Made by a program: the position numbers and the translations under genes
NCBI RefSeq assembly: GCF_963921235.1
Contig: NC_086108.1
Span: 69,504,001-69,568,000 of the forward strand
Origin: Mobula hypostoma
Lineage: Eukaryota
Length of the DNA: 64,000 nucleotides
Direction of reading: 5' to 3'
Part shown: piece by piece, positions 12,592-24,443 of the stretch
How the letters are laid out: every line of letters starts with the position of its first letter
Position numbering within the stretch: position 1 is the stretch's first letter
Notes under the pieces: generated by a model
Databases searched by the model: none
Told to the model about the DNA's origin: nothing
Seen by the model: only the letters and a program-made list of their open reading frames with translations

Positions 12592-14226
12592 TTAAGGGGA
12601 GCGCATACGAAGCAAGGCAGATGAGCAGAAATACTGGATACTGGCAATGAGATCGCAAGTTGAATTTTGTTTTGAGAGTGTGAACTGTTGCGCACTCAGT
12701 GTTATGCACTCTAATTGGGTTCAGGTTCCTCAGTGCTTTTGACACTTGCAATCAGGTTTTGTGCCAAAAGATTGCTCACAGCAGGTAAACTGTACCTTCT
12801 GAAAGGAGGTTACAGCAGCGTTGCCATAGGTGCTATTTGAAATGCACATTGTGGAAGTACTAACAGAGCTTACAAGCTTAGTTGATTGCTGAACAGCTCC
12901 TTATGAACAATGAACAATGGTTCCTTGTCATATGTATTGAGTTAGTGTGATTATCAAATATGATACACCTTTTATTCAGAGTGGCCATCTGAAAGGGTTG
13001 TATTACATTGCTGGAGTATCTATGTACATATGAACATTCACATAAAGCTGTTTCATTCAGTTTATTTATTAGTCACATTATAGAAGATTTATCTATCTTA
13101 TTTCTCTGGCAACTTCTATCTTACTGTTTTATCATTTCTACACTATCATTGCCTTGCAGTACCTTAGAGCTATTTTGCAAGTCATGTTTCCTTATCATGT
13201 GCCAAAACAGTGACCACTATATTACAAGTTTGGTGGGGGTGGGGGGGGAGGGGGGAGGTTATTGGATTCCTCAGTCTGTGTCATTATTTCCGTAACACAC
13301 AGTAGCAGCATCAATGCATGGGTCAAGTATGTGCAGGAAAAAAATAATTTTGTATTGATTTGTAACATATATTCAGTGAAAGTGAATTTTATTCAATAGG
13401 TCAAATTCTTGGGGGATCATTTGTGAATTCTGTGAGGGAAAGTTTCATAACCCAAATGTGAAGCACAGGTCAACTATGATTGGGGATTTTGAATTACTGG
13501 AGAAAATCAAAATGGTAGAACTACATAATTTACGATATAGTCCTCCAGAGCAAACTCCACATGACAGCAATAAAGACTAGGGCTTATGACTGTCTATTAA
13601 CCGCCTCTTAACTCTGAGAAGATGTTCAGTATCAAAAGTAAAGTGGGGGAGAAAAAGTGTCAGGACCTTGCAGCAAGAGAATCCACCACGCACAATGGGT
13701 AAAATACACGTTTTTTTTCACCAAGTTGTTATAAATCTTTTTGGCTTGAAAAAGATTGGAATTACTTTTAATACTGACATGAATTGAATTTCAATATATG
13801 AGCTGAAAATTTTAAATTCAAGTAATCAATTAAGCCTAATCAGTTACATTGGCCATGAAACTACCGGACTGTTACGATTATTTGGTTCAATTATGTCAGA
13901 GGAAGAAATATGCCAGAATTCCCAACTGAGATCCATACACGAAACCAGATCTACATAATGTACTTAACTCTAATTGTCTTTTGAAGTGGTTCAGTGGGCC
14001 ATTAGTAATGTTCAATAAACATTGGTCTTGCCTATATCATAAACAGCCAACGAACGAATTATAAAAATCATTAAGTTAGGATGGTCTCAAGTGCTTTGAA
14101 ACTAATTGATTGGTGAAATATAATTGCATCCTAAGTCAATAAATAAATGATTATTAACTATCTTAAGCACCAATTATTTTGGAATCTGTAGTAGTATGTT
14201 TAATTGGAAATTCAAAATGCAAGCTT

Positions 14227-14970
14227 TAGAAACAAAGAAAACCTACAGCACAATACAGGCCCTTTGGCCCACAAAGCTGTGCCGAACACGTCCTTACCTT
14301 AGAAATTACCTAGGGTTACCCATAGTCCTCTATTTTTCTTAGCTCCATGTATGTATCCAGAAGACCCTATCGTATCCACCTCCACCGCCATTACTGGCAG
14401 CCCATTCCATGCACTCACCACTCCCTGCGTAAAAAAAACTTACCCCTGACATCTCCTCTGTACCTACTTCCAAGCACCTTAAAACTGTCCCCTTTCATGC
14501 TAGGCATTTCAGCCCTGGGAAAAAGCCTCTGACTATCCACACGATCAATGCTTCTCATCATCTTGTACACCTCTATCAGGTCAACTCTCATCCTCCATCG
14601 CTCCAAGGAGAAAAGGCCGAGTTCACTCAACCTATTCTCATAAGGCATGCTCCCCAGTCCAGGCAACATCCTTGTAAATCTCCTCTGCAACCTTTCGATA
14701 GTTTCCACATTCTTCCTGTAGTGAGGCAACCAGAACTGAGCACAGTACTCCAAGAGGGGTCTGACCAGGGTCCTATATAGCTGCAACATTACCTCTGGGC
14801 TCCTAAACTCAATCCCACAATTGATGAAGGCCAGTGCACCATATGCCTTCTTAACCACACAGTCAACCTGCGCAACAGCTTTGAGTGTCCTATGGATTCG
14901 GACCCCAAGATCCCTCTGATCCTCCACACTGCCAAGAGTCTTACCATTAATACTATATTCTTCCATCATA
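14227..14970 (-). mobile_element. CR1 LINE 3' end, 5'-truncated
   Basis: ORF 14415-15005 has QRDLGV, LYRTLVRPLLEYCAQFWLPHY and LERWRMRVDLIEVYKMM; short TTCTA-type tail. Confidence 0.92.
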
Positions 14971-15177
14971 TTTGACCTCTTTAGCACTGGTTTATTTTGC
15001 AGCATTTTGTACTACAACAAATGAAATTCTATTTTAATTTCTCTTTTATTAGAAGTTTGATTTGGCCATGGTGCAGGAAGCTCAGATGTTTTTATTTCAT
15101 ACATCTGCTGAAAAATGTCCCAGCTCTATGTAAAGAAAATATTAAGTTTCAAAAGGAGATCAAAAAAGTGAACTTAC

Positions 15178-15268
15178 TTCCAGTGAACGGATCTGTTTGA
15201 AAGAAGTCTAGGTTGGGGTCTGTGATATTGTTGGGGTATTCACTACGTTTCATATCAAAAGGATCTTC
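15178..15268 (-). CDS. EPS15: EPS15 coding exon (91 nt), DPF region: EDPFDMKRSEYPNNITDPNLDFFQTDPFTG
   Basis: tttgtag|GAA acceptor, GAA|gtaagt donor, phase 0-1; similar to human EDPF...DTNLDFFQSDPFVG. Confidence 0.95.
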
Positions 15269-16002
15269 CTACAAAAATTAAAAATATGTATTTATGTATA
15301 AGAGTACATACTGGTTAAATTTTGGATATTTCTTTCCAGATATATATGCTTCTGATTGCAAAGACACCTTTATCAGATGACTATCAAACATTTAAGCCAA
15401 ATATTCTCAGTAGAAATCGACAATATTCAAAACATTTTAAAAGCAATTTTGATGAATAAAAAATACTTCAAAATTAAAAACCAAATTGCATCAACTATAT
15501 TAAAGCTAAGCAATAAAAAATTCAGAGAATTTTCATATTCCCAATTTAATTTCAGCTAAATAATATGCCTTGACCATCTGAAACATGTTTGTAAAAGTAT
15601 AAAAGGAAACAACCTTTCCTAAAATTGTTGGTGTTCAACTATATATCAGTGCGTGGCATTACAGTGTTTAACTGACAATAAAGTGTTGGCTTGCATCTCG
15701 ATTTCTTTCAAATCCCTTTCAAATTCAACCAGTACTTCCAAACTGTATAAAATTTATCAGAACTGCAAGACATAGCACTTAGCAAAATCAAATATTTCAA
15801 ATGACTATATAGGAATATGAGTGAGAGCTAAATTAAGAACTAAACTGATACTTCTGTCCGAAAGCAAAACTTACATTTAATGATTGAATCAAGCCTGGAG
15901 AGAGAGACAATTCCAACAATCACACCCCAGCCCAAAAACCTAAACAGTAATTTTAATCAACATTCATGCACTATGCAAGAAAATGTCCATAACCAAACTC
16001 AC

Positions 16003-16095
16003 CTTTTCTGCAAGACTGGGTTGCTGAATTTCAGTCTGTTCTGTCTTCATCATCGGTGTTGTGCTAAGGGTGGGTTCAGCAATGCTGTTGTTGAC
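16003..16095 (-). CDS. EPS15: EPS15 coding exon (93 nt), low-conservation linker: VNNSIAEPTLSTTPMMKTEQTEIQQPSLAEK
   Basis: tttccag|GTC acceptor, AAG|gtgagt consensus donor, phase 0-0, stop-free, in the position expected for the linker exon; peptide similarity is weak. Confidence 0.78.
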
Positions 16096-18325
16096 CTGGA
16101 AACAATATTCACACAAATGCATTGCTGAAAACTGAAAAGGCTCAATGAAAATAAATGGATAAATACCCATCATATAAAGAGTGTTAAGTGCATATGTAGT
16201 ACTATCATCAACAACTACTTGATTGCAAAGGGGGAAGTTTAACCAGGCATGAGGAAAAAGATCTACAAAATAAACAAGGCACAAATAACTCATTGTAAGC
16301 ACCAAATTGAAATGCATTACGGCTCCAACTTCCTGAATTATAACATTAATAGCTAGGATGAACAAACATAGCCAATAGACTTCAATTGAATTGATTTTAA
16401 TCATTTGATTTTCAATTATTGTTCAAGTCAGTGCCACTTGTCTTCTAGAAACTGTTCTCCAGTGGGATTTCTATCAGTATCTTTTACTTGGCTGACCCTC
16501 AATGGTTTCAGTTTCCTTCCTTGTTTTCAATAAGGTGTTGATCAAAACATGCTTCCATTGCCACATCTCTTTCCTTAGCTGATGTCATAACTATTAAATA
16601 GATGGCTCTGAAAGCATTTGTGACATACACAATTTTGCTCCTTACAATTACAAACAAGGATACTTCTTGTGTTCTCTCTCTCTCTGGAACTTAAACACAC
16701 TTTTCTCACTTCTCCAGTTCTGATAAAGGGTCACTTTCCTGAAATGTTAATGCTGTTTCCCTCTCCACAGAATGTGCCAGATTTGCAAATTAATTGCAAC
16801 ACCTTTTTATTTTTATATGGGAAATGGAGAGATGGGACGAGGATATTTTGTTCCCATTTCTGTTAAACACTGTTTATGGAATTCTGAAGCATTAATCAAG
16901 TTGGGATTCTGGCAAATTAGAAGCAAATCTCAAAATCCGAAAATAACTTAAGTGTCCCACCTGGGATATGTGGTTCAGTTCCCAGAGCCCCTGGACCTAG
17001 GACAACCAGCTAGGAATTGATCAGCCTATCAACATTATTTTGTGTGACAAGTAAGGTTGCAAGATAAAGTTTGTGAACCCTTTGGAATTACCAGGTTCCC
17101 TGCCCTATAAATAAAAAGACACACAAAGTCGGGTTACAGACAGAGCCTGCTCTTCTCAAGAAAGATCTGTTTATGTACACCATGCCTCAATCACAACAAC
17201 TTTCAGAGGACCCTAGGACCACCGTAGAGATGCATGAAGCTAGAAAAGGCTACAATAACACTCCTAAAAGACCTGAGTATTTATCAGTACACAGTAAGAG
17301 AAATTGTCTACAAATGGAAGAAATTCAGTACTACTCTCCCTAGAAGTGGGCATCCTGCAAAAAACACACCAAGAGCACAATGTGCAATGCTGAAGGAGGA
17401 GAAAAAGAATCCAAAGGCAACAGTAAGGGACCTGCAGAAATCTCAAGAACTTCTCTGAAGTCTCTGTTCATGTGTCCACTATAAGAAAAATACTGAATAA
17501 GAATGGTGTTCATGGAAGGACACCACGGAGGAAACCACCCCTCTCCAAAAAAAATAGCTTGCACGTCTCAAGTTTGCAAAAGACTACCTGGATGTTCAAC
17601 AACGCTTCCGGGACAATGCTCTGTGGATACATGAGACAAAAGCTGAACTTCTTGGCAGAAATGCATACCACTATGTTTGGAGAAAAAAGGGCACTGCACA
17701 CCAACACCAAAACTTCATTCCAACTGTGAAGCATGGTGGAAGAAGCATCATGGTTGGAGGCTGCTTTGCTGCCTCAGGGCCTGGACAGCTTGCAAACGTT
17801 GAGGGAACAATGAATTCAATATTGCATCAGGATATTTTACAGGAAAATGTCCGGGTAGCGGTCCATCACGTGATGCTTAATAGAAGTTGGAAGAAGCAAC
17901 AAATCGATGATCCGAAACACAAGAGTAAATCAATTACAGGATGGTTGAAAAAAGAAGAAAATGTGTGTTTTGGAATGGCCAAATCAGAATCCAGACCTTG
18001 ACCCAATTGAGATGCTGTGGCATGATCTAAAGAGGGCTGCTCATGCAAGGTATTCCAGAAATATTGATGAACTGAAACAGTTTTATATGAAAGAATGGTC
18101 TAAAATTCCTCCTTGCCATTGTGCAAGTCTGATCAGTGGCTACAGGAAATGCTTGTGGAGGTTATTACTGCTAACGGAGGTTCTACCAGCTATTAAATAC
18201 AAGGATTCACATACTTTTTCCAGCCTACACTGTGAGTGATTAAACAATGTGTTCAACAAAGACATGAAAACTTTGTGTGTTATTAGTTTAGGCAGACTGT
18301 GTTTGTCTGTTATTGTGACTTAGAT

Positions 18326-19060
18326 CGGGGTCCCCAACCTTTTTTGCACCGCAGACCGGTTTAATACTGACAATATTCTTGTGGAACGGCCAACGGGGGG
18401 GTGTTCAAGTAGGGTTAAACTCACCTCAAAATGTCTTTTACAGATAGGGTTGCCAACTTTCTCAGTCCCAAATAAGGGACAAAAGAAGCAGTCAAATCCT
18501 GGGACACTTTACCACAAAAAGACTACCATGACCATGAAGCCTTGCGTATCTGCGTATGTGCCGATTTTTTTCCCCAAATCGGTTTTGCCTTCATCTTCCC
18601 GACTACACTGTATATACATTACTTTTACTTTATATAGGCTGTGTATTTATCATATCATTCCTGCTTTTACTATATGTTAGTGTTATTTTTGTTTTATGTG
18701 TTATTTGGTAGGTTATTTTTTGGGTCTGGGAACGCTCAAAAATTTTTCCCATATAAGTTAATGGTACAGTAATCGCTTCTGCGCTTTACGCCATTTCAGC
18801 ATGAAAGGTTTCACAGGAACGCTCTACCTTAGCGGGGGAAATATGGGACAAGGGCAGTCCTGTATGGGACAAACCAATTTAGCCCAATATACAGGATGTT
18901 CTGGCTAATACAGGACAGTTGGCAACCCTACGTTCATGTTCAATGGTGCGTGACAGGGAGTGAGGAAAGGTGCAGCTGACTCATATCGTTTCCTCACGGC
19001 CCGGTAGCACATGCTTTGTGGCCCGGTACCAGTCCGCGGTACAGTGGTTGGGGACCGCTG
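18326..19060. mobile_element. hAT (Charlie-like) MITE inserted in the Tc1
   Basis: TIRs cggggtccccaacc / ggttggggaccgctg; perfect 8-bp TSD ACTTAGAT at 18318-18325 and 19061-19068. Confidence 0.9.
18445..18930. mobile_element. hAT-type MITE (TAGGGTTGCCAACT ends) nested in the Charlie-like MITE
   Basis: 14-bp TIRs; inverted homolog of 24444-24962; no TSD visible at this copy. Confidence 0.85.
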
Positions 19061-19392
19061 ACTTAGATGAAGATCAGACCACATTTTATGAGTGTTTAAT
19101 GCAGAGAACCAAGTAATTGCAAAGGGACACAAACCTTTTCTTACAATGCATACTGTGCAGACTATCATTTGCAACCATGTGATTTCTTTCAAAGTTAAGT
19201 TTTCCACTCCAATTTTTAACTCCTTGATGTAGAGAGCAGAAAATAAACTTGACTGGCCTTTGAAATGTCACTTATTGGTTGTACTAACTGCTTGAAACTG
19301 AAGGCCAGGGAATTCACGAAATAGTGCAGTTTATATTTATGAACAAAATTATTTCAAATACAGCTGATTTGAAGTGATTGAAAATGTCTTAC

Positions 19393-19593
19393 CACAGGCT
19401 CAATAATGGTCTCTTCTTTCTCCAACGGACTTTGCCTCTCTGTATTTTCCTTCTGCTCACTGGACTCGCCAACACTGTTGTTCAGATCACAGTGCTCAGC
19501 ACTGCCATTGACAAGAGGTGGCAGTTGACTCTGCCACCTGAGTTGATTGTTTGTGCTTTCCTCGTTGTGCAACTCAGACAACTTGGACTTCGC
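19393..19593 (-). CDS. EPS15: EPS15 coding exon (201 nt): AKSKLSELHNEESTNNQLRWQSQLPPLVNGSAEHCDLNNSVGESSEQKENTERQSPLEKEETIIEPV
   Basis: tgaaag|GCG acceptor, GTG|gtaaga donor, phase 0-0; QLxW...LVNG..xxC pattern as in human EPS15. Confidence 0.9.
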
Positions 19594-20509
19594 CTTTCAA
19601 ATACAAAACTCAAGGAATTATTTAACATGCTTAAAATACCTAGATGACAGGTAGACAATCTGAAATGCTTATAAATACTAAGACAACCAGTGTTCAATGT
19701 GTAAGTGACATTAATGTGGCATGGGGAAAATGGAGCTTAGCGCCCCACCCCTTCATCACATTCCACCTATAATCTATTAGCCCTCGTCTCACCCTTTCCT
19801 CTCAATTTTACATACTAGCCAACCTCCCTTTAAATATTCAGTCTGATAGCGTTGACCCAAAATCTTGACAGTCCCTTTGCCTTCACAGATGCTAATTGAC
19901 CCATCAGTTCTTCCAGTAGATTTTTATTGCTCCAGCTTCTATCATCTGCAGTCTCTTGTATTTCCAATAACCAAAAGCAGTTCAGACATGTATGCACACA
20001 ATCCCTTAACAAGCTTTGCTTATTTTAGAGCATAGCTAGCTATTTTCAGCAAGGCACACATAATACATTCGGGCTTCTTTGGCTGCCAGTTGTTAAGGTG
20101 CCATTCTAGTTCACTTGTGCAGCCTATGATTGTAGACGATTAAGCCAGCTGATATCCACACAAGTTGACAGCTAGGATGTCTCTGAGCTGACTTGCACCA
20201 CGATCCTGGTTAACATCATGTCTAATTTCAAATTATAACACTCATTTTCAAACCTTTTCATGTCTCACTGTTCCACCTTTCTGTAATCACTTCTAGCTTT
20301 TGCAGCCCTAATATCTGCACTCTCCGACTCTCCATTCCCTGCAAATTTGATAGGTTTATCTTCAAGGACCTTGCAATCTGGCACTCCATAAGAAAGCTCC
20401 CTCTTTTTACGCTTTTGAAAGCTAGCTTTCTCGATACTTTTTTATGGTCATGGACCTCCAGGCAGAATACACTCCATCTACTACCATTCTCTCTTCTATG
20501 GCTAGGCGA

Positions 20510-21310
20510 ATGGTGCTCAATAGTAACTCCTTCGAGTTCATCAATGAAAACAGCTCATTTTCTACCTTTGAGGTCCCTCTTTTTCCTTTTCATGGTAAAT
20601 AGGGTTCAGTTGGCCTGGAGTTACACTCAGACACAGTTCTTTGTAGTGGTGGGACCTGCTCCTGGGGCCTCACAACCGGATACTTTTCATGGTCTAGAAG
20701 ATGAGCGCGCCTTAGGGGTTCTGAGGCTTTGCTGCCCTGTGGATTGGCTGATTCTAAGCCGGTGCCACCAAATGAAATGTCACAGGAGAGAACAGTACAT
20801 TGGGAACAGCAGATCAGCTGTCAGATGCTCTGAACTAGGAAAATCACATGCTCTCTCTCTTGTTGGTGGGGAGTTTGTTGCCAATTCTCTGGTTGGAGAA
20901 CTTGAAAGAAAAAAAGTGGCATGACAGACTTTAACACTGTAAATCAGCGAGTTGTTTCGTTATGTCTCCCCTCTCGCTGTTGTTAGAGAGAGAGAGAGAG
21001 AGCCTGTGGTATGTTGAATTGTCAGGTGATCGATTAGTTTCTGTTTTACTACAGATCATGGTCTTTCTTGGGGGCTTTGCTATTGCTTGCTTGGCGGGTG
21101 GAGGGGGCTGATGCTTTCTTGCAGGAGTAAGTGGGGGGGGGTCGTTGCTTTGTTGCTGCTTGTGTGTGGGAGAAGGAAGTGGGGGGGCTTTGGGGTTCTT
21201 ACATTTAACTGTCACTTATTCTTTAGGGCACTCTTCTGTTTTCATGGACATCTGTGAAGAACAAGAATTTCAGGAAGTATATTGTACATATTTCTCTGAT
21301 ATTGAATGGA
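20510..21310 (+). mobile_element. Non-autonomous non-LTR repeat, copy 2 (homologous to 8538-9350)
   Basis: Collinear similarity with 8538-9350 along its whole length. Confidence 0.7.
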
Positions 21311-21642
21311 CTACTGAGCTCTTATAAGCCATTTCTGAAGCCATGCAGCCAAGTTTCCCTGAATCGCATGTCTAAATTTCTGAACCTCGTCTAACATCTT
21401 ACTAAAATCCATATACATTACTTCCACTGCTCTAATTTCATCAATTTGTTTTGTCACTTCCTTCCTCAAAGAATTCAATCAGGATTGTGAGACATAGCCT
21501 GCCCCACTACAAAGCCCTATCCCTAAGTTTTACTTTAATGGAAAATCTCGCAATTTACTGATGCAATAATCTCACGCAAAAACCATAAATTGCCAATTCA
21601 AGAAATATCAGTAATCAAGTCCATAAGCAATGGTCAATTTAC

Positions 21643-21840
21643 CTGATTAATATCCTGATGGGATGCCCAAAGAGATTGCTGTATAGGTTCCAGCTGGGCC
21701 TGACTCGCCTCCATTCGCTCTTCCAGCTCGGCTGTCTCCTGATGCAGTCGCTCCAGTTCTTCCTGTGCTCGTATCAGCTCCTCCTTATAAGATGATATCT
21801 GGGTTTCCTGACTTGAAATCTCAGTCTGTAGTGATGAGAT
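21643..21840 (-). CDS. EPS15: EPS15 coding exon (198 nt), coiled coil: ISSLQTEISSQETQISSYKEELIRAQEELERLHQETAELEERMEASQAQLEPIQQSLWASHQDINQ
   Basis: tttcag|ATC acceptor, CAG|gtaaat donor, phase 0-0; similar to human ISSLKAELTSQESQISTYEEELAKAREELSRLQQETAELEE... Confidence 0.96.
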
Positions 21841-22130
21841 CTGAAACCAAGGTGAGTAATGAGAAATATTTATTTGGACAATTCCAAATATTTGATGTGG
21901 TGGAATGATTACCAAGCCTGCTTTTTATGTGAAAGAAAAATTAGATAGTATATGATGTATTCCAGGAGTTGTAGTAAGAGTTATGACAGTATAGCTGTTA
22001 TGTTACTATGAATAATTCAAAGGACTTTTGCAAAGGCACGAATTCAAATTCAATCATGTAGGAATTTTAATTCATATAATTGAATACATTTTTATTTTCA
22101 TTATCTGTTCACAGTAAGTGGATACTACTG

Positions 22131-22842
22131 ACAACACACTGGAGGAACTCAGCAGGTCGGGCAGCATCCATGGAAAAGATCAGTCAATGTTTCGGGCTGG
22201 AACCCTTCATCAGGACTGAAGAGGGAAGGGGCAGAGGCCCTATAAAGAAGGTGGGGGGAGGGTGGGAAGGAGAAGGCTGGTAGGTTCCAGGTGGAAAACC
22301 AGAATGGTTCCCATTCGGATATGTCCATACATGGCTTCCTCTACTGCCATGATGAGGCTAAACCCAAGTTGGAGAAGCAACACCTCATATACCGTCTGGG
22401 TAGTCTCCAGCCCCTTGGTATGAACATAGAATTCTCCAACTTCCAGTAATTGTCTCCCCCTCCCTTCCCCTATCCCTATTTCACTCTGCCCCCTCCCCCA
22501 GCTGCCTATCACCTCCCTCATGGTTCCGCCTCCTTCTACTACCCATTGTGTTTTCCCCTATTCCTTCTTCACCTTTCCTGCCTATCCCCTCCCTGCTTCC
22601 TCTTCCCCACCTCTTTATCTTTCCCTTTACTGGTTTTTCACCTGGAACCTACCAGCCTTCTCCTTCCCACCCTCCCCCCACCTTCTTTATAGGGCCTCTG
22701 CCCCTTCCCTCTACAGTCCTGACGAAGGGTTCCGGCCCGAAACCTTGACTGATCGTTTCCAAGGATGCTGCCCGACCTGCTGAGTTCCTCCAGCCTGTTG
22801 TGAGTGTTGCTTTGACCCCAGCATCTGCAGAGTACTTTGTGT
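22131..22842 (+). mobile_element. Penelope-like fold-back element (inverted pLTR arm, GIY-YIG end, pLTR, tail) with 14-bp TSD
   Basis: TSD AGTGGATACTACTG at 22117-22130 and 22843-22856; 22131-22302 is an inverted copy of ~22630-22810; peptide SHSDMSIHGFLYCHDEAKPKLEKQHLIYRLGSLQPLGMNIEFSNF. Confidence 0.9.
22714..22751 (+). ncRNA. Minimal type I hammerhead ribozyme motif, stem III/cleavage site degenerate
   Basis: CAGTC-CTGACGA-A-GGG-TTCCGG-CCC-GAAA-CC-TT-GACTG; inverted partner at 22181-22218. Confidence 0.65.
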
Positions 22843-23631
22843 AGTGGATACTACTGGTAATCTGTCATTTATTATCCTTCATTAATTATTCTGAAACCAA
22901 GCAGGCAGTTGCGAATCACATACAAACAACACCAGATAATAATGGCAGATTGCCTCCCCTGCGCCTTGTCATCCTTGTCCAGTCAGCCTCACACTGGTGA
23001 GAGTGGATCTCAAAGTCCTTAACAGGACAGCTGACTCCATAAATCATATAAATTAAGTTAGAAATGAGCAACCAAATCTCTTCAGATTCCCTGCTGCCTC
23101 CACCCCACAACCTCAGCAGAGTACCTGCGCCTTAGTCTCTTCCACGTTTTCATTTTAATTACCCTTCCCCAGCTTTAGCACAAGTTTATGTTGTCTGTGG
23201 CATAGTCCACCATGCCACCTAAGCTACCGGCTGCCTTTGCAAAACAACAACAGACCCCAAGGGATTATGATTTCACTGTCATCATTACTTGCAATTCATT
23301 TTCTTTCCTAGCTGTCAGATTCGGGGAGCTACCTGCTGAGGCTGATTCAGGCCTAACATTGCACAGATATGTTGGCCCTATTGAAAAGTGGATTCAAACA
23401 ATTCCAGGAGTAGAAATTACATAGATTTAATCTGATTAATGTAGATGTACTTAATTATTTTTAATAAAGTACAGTACATTTTAGTTTTTTTTTTGAGAAA
23501 CGTTTTTAAATATTACTTTTATCTTTACGTGGTGTTTCTGAATTTCAAAAATCAATCTGAGCCCAAAGGTAACAAAGTTGCATCCCTCCCACATTTTTAT
23601 TCTGGCATCTCCCCCACCCTCCATTCCTTTT

Positions 23632-23669
23632 CAGTCCTGATGAAGGGTCTCAGCCTGAAATGTCGACTG
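23632..23669 (+). ncRNA. Minimal type I hammerhead ribozyme motif in a Penelope pLTR fragment (~23595-23770)
   Basis: CAGTC-CTGATGA-AGG-GTCTCAG-CCT-GAAA-TG-TC-GACTG: intact core, 5-bp stem I, 3-bp stem II, GUC triplet. Confidence 0.72.
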
Positions 23670-24443
23670 TTTATTTTTTCCCCATAAAGTCTGCCTGACC
23701 TGCTGAGTTCCTCCAGCATTTTGTGTGTTTTGCTTTGGATCTCCAGCATCTGCAGATTTTCTTGTGTTTGACCATTTGTTTAATTCCAAAATGACCCTAT
23801 ACGATATTACTACCTGTCTGGTAGTCGTGAAGCACAGCGACAATCATTTGGCAACAAACACAACTACTAACTACTTTATTGATTACGCATTTTCTCAAAA
23901 CGATCACTGCAATCAATAGCCTATAACTTCCCTATCAGAGCTGAACTTCTGAGCTGCCTGTATGTCCTGTCATTTTTGCAGTGTGAACTTAAGCCTCGAA
24001 GGTGCAAAATGGCTGCAGCATGGTGAATACAAGCCAAATCAAGGCGCCGGGGCCCAAGCCCAAGAACGGAGAATGAGCCAATGTTTGGCCATTGCTGGAG
24101 AGGACTTGGGGGCAATTAGAATCAGCAGACCTGAGGCAAGTTAGAGTCGGCGGGGCCTGGGCCTGAGAGTGAGGTACAAGCTAATGTTTGATTAAGCTCA
24201 GGGCCAGATTGAAAAGGATGGGTATGGGCCAAATCGAGGCAGCAGGTCCCAGGCCTGAGAGTGTATTCAAGCGGCAGGGCCTGGGTCTGAGAGTGAGGGA
24301 CAACTCACTGTTCAGCTCACTGCTTGTGAGGGTTACTCGCCTCTGCACTGAACTGAGGCTGTGGTCTGTGACTAAGGGGCTCCTGCATCAGCTGTGACTA
24401 GCTTTGTGGCTATGGACTCACTTTCATAAAATTCAGTTCTGAA

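Larger units (their letters stand above)
17055..19148 (+). mobile_element. Tc1-like DNA transposon with decayed transposase (~17182-18200), interrupted by nested hAT MITEs
   Basis: PRSGHPAK, GRTPRRKPPLS, VKHGGRSIMVGGCF and WPNQNPDLDPIEMLWHDLKRA motifs; ends ~17055-17105 and ~19100-19148 are inverted repeats. Confidence 0.88.

Noticed and set aside
15964..16404. 146-aa hydrophobic ORF as a membrane protein
   Set aside because: Only 16003-16095 is bounded by splice sites; the rest is T-rich intron read-through.
16430..16608. Additional EPS15 exon after a tttcag acceptor
   Set aside because: The phase-0 frame hits TAA after 10 codons and no good donor was found.
16715..16760. Functional hammerhead (similar traces near 10075, 19840, 29050, 31490 and 53180)
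   Set aside because: Core and stems are degenerate; treated as old Penelope pLTR relics, not ribozymes.
20415..20924. 169-aa ORF as a novel gene
   Set aside because: Non-ATG start, lies in a repeat whose sister copy (8538-9350) lacks the frame, no recognisable domain.
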